IMG/VR virus record: IMGVR_UViG_3300030397_000235
Span: 1 to 37,791 of that record
Length of the DNA: 37,791 nucleotides
Source: a virus
Lineage: Duplodnaviria; Caudoviricetes
Direction: 5' to 3' (one strand)
A model generated the notes under the pieces. It had not been told where the DNA came from. It did no database searches and saw only the letters and a list, made by a program, of their open reading frames with translations. Of this stretch, positions 8,669-15,349 are shown in pieces. Both the position numbers and the translations under genes were made by a program. The stretch's first letter is position 1, and every line of letters begins with the position of its first letter.

Positions 8669-9513
8669 ACTGGTGCGCGATAGCTCTTCCCCTGTTCTTT
8701 AGCATACTCAGCCAGAGATGTGTGGACATCACCCGAAGTGATCTCGCCGGCAGCCCAAGCCAGGAGACGAGTAAGGATGCTGTTGCCACCGAACTCATCG
8801 AAGATGTGAGCCTGGAGTTCGAAGATAGCATCACGGTCGCGATGCTTCTTCTTCGTAAGCTCCTTCTCTTTCTCCTTCTTAGTCTTGCGCTTCTTCTTGG
8901 TCTTACGACCCTTGATCTTGTTATCCTTCAGCTCCTTAACCTTCTCGAAGCACTCCAGCTCACCGTCCCTCTTAAGAGCGGTGTAGACATCACGGATCTG
9001 CTTCTGTGTCAGCCACCCGGCTGCAATCTCAGCCTGCACAGCCTCAGGCAACCGGAGCACCATGTAGCGAACCTGCACCCAGCCACGGGACATGTTCAAC
9101 CGGATGCCGGCATCCTCTTCCGTGACACCGAGGGCTTCAAGCTTCTTCAGGGCACGGGCTTCCTGGACAATGTCCAGTTGGCTACGCTGGAGGTTCTCGC
9201 TCAGGTTGAAGAACCGAGCGTTAACTTCATTCCTCATGTCGTCGCGAACGACAGCCGGGATCTCGGTTTGCTTATTTACCTTAAACGCGGTGAAGCGTCG
9301 GTAACCCGCAATCAGCAGGTATTTCTTGTCCGGATTCTCGGCTTTGCGAGCGTCAGAAAGAGTGGTAACGACAACCGGCTGGATCAGCCCGTTCTCTTGG
9401 ATATTCTTCGCGAGGTCCACAACGTCCATAGGCGCAATAGGCCCACGGCAGTTGAACTCCTCGTCGAAGAGGATGTCAGCCATCGGAAGGGTGGCAACTT
9501 GCATAGTGCTCAT
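8665..9513 (-). CDS. ParB/Spo0J-family protein (copy 1)
   Basis: LAKNIQENGLIQPVVV, IAGYRRFTA (GxRR), ENLQR, HTH EEDAGIRLNMSRGWV. Confidence 0.9.
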   Translation of the reverse strand: MSTMQVATLPMADILFDEEFNCRGPIAPMDVVDLAKNIQENGLIQPVVVTTLSDARKAENPDKKYLLIAGYRRFTAFKVNKQTEIPAVVRDDMRNEVNARFFNLSENLQRSQLDIVQEARALKKLEALGVTEEDAGIRLNMSRGWVQVRYMVLRLPEAVQAEIAAGWLTQKQIRDVYTALKRDGELECFEKVKELKDNKIKGRKTKKKRKTKKEKEKELTKKKHRDRDAIFELQAHIFDEFGGNSILTRLLAWAAGEITSGDVHTSLAEYAKEQGKSYRAPV

Positions 9514-9698
9514 GTGTTCTCCCTAATAAGAGTCTGAAGTTCGTTGCAAATATTACGAGCACTTGTCGTAATGGGTGAGTATCTCGGGGATTCGAGATGA
9601 ATCCATCCATTCATCTCGTCACGGGTTTCAAAGTAGCGACAGACCTTTGACATAGCGTCTTCGAGTTTTATTACTCGCTCAAGTTCGTCGGCAGTCAT
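9510..9698 (-). CDS. Hypothetical protein
   Basis: ATGA coupling with the downstream gene. Confidence 0.6.
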   Translation of the reverse strand: MTADELERVIKLEDAMSKVCRYFETRDEMNGWIHLESPRYSPITTSARNICNELQTLIRENT

Positions 9699-9945
9699 AG
9701 CACAACTTCCTGTTTACGTCTACGATAAGCCGAATGAATGATGTTTTACATCGAACGCAGGCTATTATCTTGAATATGGTTTCGATTGTCTTGTCTCTAT
9801 TCTTGAGCCAAGCCTCCTTTTGCTCATAAGTCATTGGACTACAACGGTAGTTACGGAAGTTTGCCTTACGCTCTAGCCTCCCACAGCGTAGGCAAACCCA
9901 GCAATCAATACGTCGAGACTTGTGTCTATGACGAAGTAAATGCAT
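9679..9945 (-). CDS. Hypothetical Cys-rich protein
   Basis: Fills the operon gap. Contains CLRC, CVRC and CYDC. Confidence 0.55.
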   Translation of the reverse strand: MHLLRHRHKSRRIDCWVCLRCGRLERKANFRNYRCSPMTYEQKEAWLKNRDKTIETIFKIIACVRCKTSFIRLIVDVNRKLCYDCRRT

Positions 9946-11899
9946 CTTCTAACTGACCCATTGTCAGATTTTGAAGTTTCTTCTTTTGCTTCAGGTTATC
10001 AAGCACTAACTTATCGCTTGGGAGCATAATCAGATCCTTGATAACAAGTCCCCTATTCTCATCCATGCCTGGGCGATGTCCACGATCCTCGGCCTGCATT
10101 CGAGCTTCACCACTAAAGCAGTTGCTATAGAAAAGCTCCGTTGGCGAAGCAGTCAGAGTCAGCGCCATACCACCCGCCTGGGGGTGGCCTACGAAACAGA
10201 GCTTCGGATATTTCTCGCGCAATTCCTTGTAGCGTGGGTGCGAACGATCCATTGCATCTAGCAGCTCGTCGCTATCAAGCACCTCACCAGTTGCACTAGT
10301 ACCTACGTAGCCCTTGCCATCCACACGCAACGTTGCCCAACTGTGTTGATGCGCAATCGTAACCAAACGGTCGAGGGTCCCAGTGAATCCGCCCCATACA
10401 ATGTATCGTCCAACGTCCTCGTGGGAGTCAAGGTCATCAATGAAGTATTGATCCTTTGGAGAGCCAACAGCTTCAGTGTCTCGCTTATAAGTTGTGACTT
10501 CACCTGTGCCTCCACAGTTGTCACAACGAACAACTTGCTCTGTGAACGTGGGCTGCTCGAACGGGGCCATGGGATCGATGGCGACATCTGGCATTTTGAC
10601 TTCGACCATGCCACCACCCTGGCAGTTGGGGCAGGTCTCTTTACCGGACGGCGTCTCGATATACTGGAATCCGTCGCTGATCTCTCGCGTCAACGTGAGC
10701 GCTGTGATCGCACGCTGGGAACGGGCACGAATGATCTTAGCAGCACGAACGATCTCAGGCGTCGGCTTAACCCGAATGACTTCGTATTGCTTCTCCGGCA
10801 GGTCGAGGCAGTCTTTCTTGAACTTGACCAGGACTAGCCCGTTCATCCTCTGGTAGAGATAACTAACCTCATCCTTCGACTTCTCGAAGCGGTGATAGTC
10901 TTCCTCATCAACATTGATGGGAGCATGATTCATGTGCTCGCGGAATTGTCCGCATTTCGCACATCGTTTCTCGTTGTCGAGCCAGGCAACTCGGTGCGGG
11001 TAACTACCTCCGGTAATGTTGTTCTCACGCATCTCGATAATACAGAGCCGCGAACGGAACTTACCGACCGTGCCCTCTTTAATGAAGCCTGGACACGCCA
11101 CTTCGCACTGATGCCACCAGTCAACAGGTGTCTTTGGAGCCGGTGTTCCTGACATGAGTAGGATGAAGCTCTCGTGACCATGCTCAGCACGCATTGAGTT
11201 GGCCAAGTGTAAAGCAGACTGAGACTGTTGAGTAGTCGGTCCCTTAAGCTTGGAACACTCGTCGAAGCAGATGAATCTTGGGGCAGGTTTTCCTTTGGGC
11301 CACTCTCGGACACGCTTCTTCATCCCGTCGTAAGTCATCATCTGCGGCGAGACTTTTGACTTCCACTTAATCAGCTCGCGGCTTACGGCTTTAACACCAG
11401 AGCGCGGGCCGACATACCAGATGTCCTCATCAGAGAATCCCGATTGCTCGGCAGCCTCGATGAAGACGAGTGTCTTACCCGTGCCCATTTCGCACGCGAA
11501 GATGCAATGCCGACGCGTCATAATGTGCGACAGCATTTCAAGCTGGTGGTCATACAACGGCCGAGCAGTAGAGACGTGCTCTAATGACTTGTCATAGTGC
11601 TCGTAAGGATTTTCACCCTGCATAAACGCAATCTGGAAATGATTGCGCATCGAGTTAGCTACGGACCAAACCTTTCTCGGGTTTACAGTCTCGAAGCCAT
11701 GGTAACGATGCCCTTCCATACATTTGATTTCGGCATTGAGGGCAGGCCAATAGCCGAAGTGAAATTCGATACGCGGACCCTTATAGACTAGCTTACCACG
11801 TTTGCGATATTTGCCAACAGTAAGCTTCGTCTCAATAGTGCGATCCTCGTTCTTAAGAACGGGTGCATCTTTCATACGATTGATTGTCTCCATATCCAT
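9926..11899 (-). CDS. SNF2-like superfamily 2 helicase with Zn-finger insert
   Basis: Walker A MGTGKT, Walker B FDECS, motif III SGTP, motif VI QAEDRGHRPG. Confidence 0.92.
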   Translation of the reverse strand: MDMETINRMKDAPVLKNEDRTIETKLTVGKYRKRGKLVYKGPRIEFHFGYWPALNAEIKCMEGHRYHGFETVNPRKVWSVANSMRNHFQIAFMQGENPYEHYDKSLEHVSTARPLYDHQLEMLSHIMTRRHCIFACEMGTGKTLVFIEAAEQSGFSDEDIWYVGPRSGVKAVSRELIKWKSKVSPQMMTYDGMKKRVREWPKGKPAPRFICFDECSKLKGPTTQQSQSALHLANSMRAEHGHESFILLMSGTPAPKTPVDWWHQCEVACPGFIKEGTVGKFRSRLCIIEMRENNITGGSYPHRVAWLDNEKRCAKCGQFREHMNHAPINVDEEDYHRFEKSKDEVSYLYQRMNGLVLVKFKKDCLDLPEKQYEVIRVKPTPEIVRAAKIIRARSQRAITALTLTREISDGFQYIETPSGKETCPNCQGGGMVEVKMPDVAIDPMAPFEQPTFTEQVVRCDNCGGTGEVTTYKRDTEAVGSPKDQYFIDDLDSHEDVGRYIVWGGFTGTLDRLVTIAHQHSWATLRVDGKGYVGTSATGEVLDSDELLDAMDRSHPRYKELREKYPKLCFVGHPQAGGMALTLTASPTELFYSNCFSGEARMQAEDRGHRPGMDENRGLVIKDLIMLPSDKLVLDNLKQKKKLQNLTMGQLEDAFTSS

Positions 11900-11901
11900 G
11901 A

Positions 11902-12411
11902 CTATGATCTCAAAGTAAATGTATCGTCTGTGCGCTGCTGCTTTCTGAAGTCAGAAAAGACTTCCCTGAAACCGGCTTGCTCGAAGCGCACGAGCACCCG
12001 GTTCATAATCCACCGCAACTCGTAGACCACCTCATCCCGGCAGCCTAACCTGATAGCCTTATACCAAGCGTCCATTGATCCACTTACAATGGCAACCGAC
12101 TTGCGACGTTGACCGTCTTTGACAAATACTTTGAGACCGGTTCTGTATAGTGCGCCGATGCCGGCATCATCCAGGACCATGATAAAACTGATATTAAAAT
12201 GTTCGTGCCCGGGATTAAAGGTATCCCGTAAAGCGTTAAGTGGGTCGTTCTCCATATCGAACGCACCCAGAAAAGAAGCGGGATCGGATACCTCAAGATG
12301 TGAAGCATCGATCCCGCGTGTAGGACTGACTCCGAGGATCCGCTGACACACGTCGATAAAGACACGCCACTCGACTTTGGTAATTGCCAGCGGAAGAATC
12401 TCGTAATCCAT
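11902..12411 (-). CDS. Degenerate ThyX-like protein, probably inactive as a thymidylate synthase
   Basis: GHEHFNISF and IVSGSMDAWYKAIRLGC...YELR resemble ThyX scaffold segments. The RHRxxS motif is absent. Confidence 0.5.
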   Translation of the reverse strand: MDYEILPLAITKVEWRVFIDVCQRILGVSPTRGIDASHLEVSDPASFLGAFDMENDPLNALRDTFNPGHEHFNISFIMVLDDAGIGALYRTGLKVFVKDGQRRKSVAIVSGSMDAWYKAIRLGCRDEVVYELRWIMNRVLVRFEQAGFREVFSDFRKQQRTDDTFTLRS

Positions 12412-12421
12412 TTGTTACCCC

Positions 12422-12451
12422 GGGGAGGGGCCCGTTGCCGGACCCCTCCCC
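12422..12451 (-). other. Strong GC hairpin with a GCAA tetraloop between the SSB-like and ThyX-like genes
   Basis: Minus strand GGGGAGGGGTCCG-GCAA-CGGGCCCCTCCCC, a 13-bp stem with one G-U pair and no following U-tract. Confidence 0.7.
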
Positions 12452-12458
12452 ACTCTTT

Positions 12459-13118
12459 TCATCGAGCCCGTGCTTCCTCGGGGTTCTCCTTGACGCCCTC
12501 GATCTCCGGCTTGGGAGGGTTGCGGAACTTCTCCACAACCTCAGCCAACTCGGACTTGTTCGGCATCTCGAAGGGAGTGCTGCACGCCTGGCACTCTGGC
12601 GCAAACCACTCGTAAGAAGCATTCTTGCACTTCTGGCTACCGAGCGTAGCAGCCTTGTGCATGCGGGCCTTAACCGCACCGGCTTCACGCCGGGACGACT
12701 TGGTGCCCATGAAGAATGTGGCGAAGCGCTTGACGCTGGGGATCCAGACGAGATACTCGGGACCGAACATGCAGCCCGAATCCTTCTCGTTGAGCGAACG
12801 CTCTTGGATGCGTGCGAACTCGTCGTCGTTCGGGTCGAACACGCTGATAACGGCTTCACCCGTCTCCAACGCCTTCGGACGCCAATCCACGATGAGAACA
12901 TCGACGTTCTTCCCGAGATCGTCGAACTTCTGATCTTGAATCAGCGCGTAGTGATTCACGGAGAAATCTCCGCTCTTGCACTTAGCACTGTTCGAGGTCA
13001 TCAGTTGGACACGCGGGAGGAACCCACCACCAGACGCCGACTTGTCGAAGTCCTCATCCGAGTACTTCGATGGTGTCATCGCGCCCAGGTCGTCAAGCTT
13101 TACCAATTCATCTGCCAT
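12459..13118 (-). CDS. Putative ssDNA-binding / replication accessory protein
   Basis: FLPRVQL motif and beta-rich pattern, located just upstream of the helicase and polymerase. Function is inferred from context. Confidence 0.5.
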   Translation of the reverse strand: MADELVKLDDLGAMTPSKYSDEDFDKSASGGGFLPRVQLMTSNSAKCKSGDFSVNHYALIQDQKFDDLGKNVDVLIVDWRPKALETGEAVISVFDPNDDEFARIQERSLNEKDSGCMFGPEYLVWIPSVKRFATFFMGTKSSRREAGAVKARMHKAATLGSQKCKNASYEWFAPECQACSTPFEMPNKSELAEVVEKFRNPPKPEIEGVKENPEEARAR

Positions 13119-13165
13119 GATTTATGATCTCTTTCCAATGATAATGATGATGCAAACGGTGAATA

Positions 13166-13354
13166 TCACGCCTCAACAGGTAAGACGTGATTGTGACCCT
13201 CAGCCTCCGCTTTCTCGGAACCTACCGGGATCGCGGGACCAGTGGTCATGTGTCCGTTACGGAGACGGTGCCAATGACCGTTCGTAACAGTGGTGCGGGA
13301 ACCTCCGACCTCAAACAGATGTGCATGGCCTTCTGCAGTATCAGTCTGTGGCAT
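13166..13354 (-). CDS. Small His-rich GHxH-repeat protein (YmaF-like)
   Basis: Strong RBS AAGGAGG. Contains GHAH, GHWH, TTGPAIPVG and GHNH. Confidence 0.7.
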   Translation of the reverse strand: MPQTDTAEGHAHLFEVGGSRTTVTNGHWHRLRNGHMTTGPAIPVGSEKAEAEGHNHVLPVEA

Positions 13355-13595
13355 GTTGCCCTCCTTGTGGATGCGAGCATCTGTTACCCATTCAATTGGT
13401 CCGTTGCGTGTTACAGATGCTCGCGTTATTTGAAAACGCGCATAGCAAAAGGGTTTAAAAAGCGGGTACTTAGTAATTACTCTAGCTATGCGCGCTGTGT
13501 GGTGACCACCCGAGTGTATAATGCGCTAGGGGTCAAATCCTTATTTTGATGCCTTGCGGCAGTGCGTGTGGGCACTATACGGACAGGTGGTCTAA

Positions 13596-13664
13596 GAGTT
13601 GTGAAGGGCTCGAACCTCTTCGCGACTTGCGCGACGCCTCCGTGACTAGTCATGGCCACAACTC
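13596..13664 (-). ncRNA. tRNA-like element (acceptor stem plus T-arm, non-canonical D/anticodon region)
   Basis: GAGTTGT...ACAACTC 7-bp closing stem and GGTTCGAGCCC T-loop, 69 nt. Confidence 0.5.
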
Positions 13665-13746
13665 ACTGGGTGCGGTACTCCTTGGCGGGATCGGAAAGCG
13701 TAGCTAGCATATCTCGCCACCCATTTCCAAGGCACCATACACCCTT

Positions 13747-13819
13747 TGGTGTCTGCGAGGGTTCGAACCCCGACCTACTGATTGATAACCAGTTGCTCTA
13801 CCTCTTGAGCTACAGACCC
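13747..13819 (-). tRNA. tRNA with anticodon AUC (nominally Asp), atypical
   Basis: GGGTCTG-TA-GCTC AAGAGGTA GAGC-A-ACTGG TTATCAA TCAGT-AGGT-CGGGG TTCGAAC CCTCG-CAGACAC folds as a cloverleaf with one acceptor mismatch. Confidence 0.85.
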
Positions 13820-13950
13820 AAGTGTCGCTTCACGTTGGAACCCGCTTCAGTGCCAGCAGCACTCGGACGAGCGACGCGCCCAGGATGCCAACATCAAGTT
13901 GCAATTCGAACGAATTGGTTCCACCAACCGGATGTTAGGCATCTGTTAGG

Positions 13951-14931
13951 TTAGCTTTGGAGGGCAGCCTCGGCCTCGGCGGCCTTACTGGTCGCCTCGT
14001 CCAGCTCCTTCTTCAGCTTCTCAGCCTTCTTGGCCGCACGCTCGGCAGCCTTCTGCTGACGCTTCGCCTCGCGCTGAGCGCGACGCTCCGCATCCTTCTC
14101 CTTCTGGACCTCGACCGAATCAGGATCCATGTGGAGAGCCCACGCCACGCCGAGAGCGAAACCCTCAGCCGCACTGGACGCGCCGGTGCGTTGGCACAGC
14201 GAAGGACCGACCGAAGGAGTAGCGAACTCCTCCTTCATGGCAGCCAGCTTCTGCATGTGGGGAACGGCTTGGAACTCCGCGGGACCAGCATCCTTGCCAG
14301 CCTTACGGGCCTCACGGATCTGCTTCAGGCGCTCGGTCGTCTGCGGGATGAACTCATCCGGGGGCAGAGTCGCCGCACGGTCGAGCCAGTCGGCCTGCTC
14401 CTCAGCAGGAAGCTTCGCCAACGCATACGCGTTGCTCAGCCCGATCTTACCCTCATCGACCAGCTCCTTGGCTTGATCGCTCGCGAGCTTGTTCAGCGAG
14501 AGGCGACCCGCGATCCACGCGGTACTCTTGCCGAGCTTCGCAGCCAACTCGGATTCCGTCATCAACGGGTTCCGGGTCAGGATGCGCTTGAGCTGGCGAG
14601 TGTACTCGATGGGCTTGGTCTCGATCTTGTGGATGTTCGCCATGATCTGGGCTTCGAGAACTTGGTCCTCGTTCAGATCGACGACATCGACGTTGATCGT
14701 GTCTCGGCCCGCGTCCTTAGCCGCGTTGAACCGATGCAGGCCATCGATCAGCTCGTAATACGATGTTCCATCATCGTCCGTACGCTCCCGAACGCTGATC
14801 GCGCCGATGAAGCCTTTCGAACGAATGGACTCGACGAGCCCCAGATACTCCTCAGACTCACGGTTGACGGTGCGGAGAGCAACGTCGTTCTCCTTGATGT
14901 CTTTGAGGTCAACAACTTTCAATTCACCCAT
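13951..14931 (-). CDS. ParB-like protein (copy 2) with a C-terminal coiled coil
   Basis: LVESIRSKGFIGAISV, IDGLHRFNA, HTH TESELAAKLGKSTAWI. ATG at 14931 follows GGGAG. Confidence 0.88.
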   Translation of the reverse strand: MGELKVVDLKDIKENDVALRTVNRESEEYLGLVESIRSKGFIGAISVRERTDDDGTSYYELIDGLHRFNAAKDAGRDTINVDVVDLNEDQVLEAQIMANIHKIETKPIEYTRQLKRILTRNPLMTESELAAKLGKSTAWIAGRLSLNKLASDQAKELVDEGKIGLSNAYALAKLPAEEQADWLDRAATLPPDEFIPQTTERLKQIREARKAGKDAGPAEFQAVPHMQKLAAMKEEFATPSVGPSLCQRTGASSAAEGFALGVAWALHMDPDSVEVQKEKDAERRAQREAKRQQKAAERAAKKAEKLKKELDEATSKAAEAEAALQS

Positions 14932-14958
14932 GTGATATGATGCTCCCATCAATAGGTT

Positions 14959-14982
14959 TGCCATCACATCGATGTGATGGCA
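14959..14982. promoter_or_regulatory. Perfect 24-bp palindrome upstream of ParB copy 2 (candidate operator or parS-like site)
   Basis: TGCCATCACATCGATGTGATGGCA is its own reverse complement. Confidence 0.55.
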
Positions 14983-15086
14983 TCGGTGGCCTCTGCCCCG
15001 ACAGCAGAGACACGCTCGATAAACGGTGTCGGGACAATCCTAACCGGAGATATGGTGGATAATCGAACCAGATTATCCATTTTGTT

Positions 15087-15113
15087 GTAAGTCCTTACGA
15101 GACAACGACTTAC
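15087..15113. repeat. Inverted repeat GTAAGTC-N13-GACTTAC
   Basis: GTAAGTCCTTACGAGACAACGACTTAC read directly from the sequence. Confidence 0.6.
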
Positions 15114-15121
15114 GGAAAATC

Positions 15122-15325
15122 CTGACTTACTGTTGTTCCTATTACTTCTATATGTTACTCTTTTATTCCTTCTTCTATAGGAGGAAGGTAAATAACAGTA
15201 AGTCAGTCAGTGGAAAGTGTGGATAACTTGTTAGTAACTACTTTTCCACAAAAGTTATCAACAATGTGGATAACTGTGATGCACTCATCACGTTTCTCCA
15301 CAGGATTTTTGGCTTTTGTGGATAA
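15122..15325. promoter_or_regulatory. Candidate replication origin: AT-rich tract flanked by a 13-bp inverted repeat, plus a DnaA-box cluster
   Basis: Perfect TGTGGATAA at 15218, 15265 and 15317. One-mismatch boxes at 15242, 15255 and 15294. IR CTGACTTACTGTT (15122) / AACAGTAAGTCAG (to 15206). Confidence 0.7.
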
Positions 15326-15349
15326 CTCTAAAATCAGGATGGTGGCATC

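Larger units (their letters stand above)
13371..13943 (-). ncRNA. Cluster of structured non-coding elements
   Basis: No credible ORF. Consecutive closed stems at 13371-13426, 13437-13494, 13596-13664, 13668-13744, 13747-13819, 13822-13877 and 13884-13943. Confidence 0.55.

Noticed and set aside
8722-9537. 271-aa plus-strand ORF
   Set aside because: Antisense shadow of ParB1
12293-13127. Alternative 202-aa (-) and 247-aa (+) ORFs over the SSB-like gene
   Set aside because: Arg/Ser- or Leu-rich off-frame translations. The 12459-13118 frame is the protein-like one
13822-13877. Partial resemblance to a hammerhead core (GUC...CUGAAG) or a Y-RNA 5' end (GUCCGAGUGC)
   Set aside because: The GAAA and stem II of a hammerhead and the complementary 3' strand of a Y RNA are missing
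13549-13954. Plus-strand ORF 13652-13954 across the RNA cluster
   Set aside because: Antisense to a clear tRNA, with no RBS or motifs
13957-14940. 327-aa plus-strand ORF
   Set aside because: Antisense shadow of ParB2 caused by codon bias. Leu/Arg-rich with no motifs
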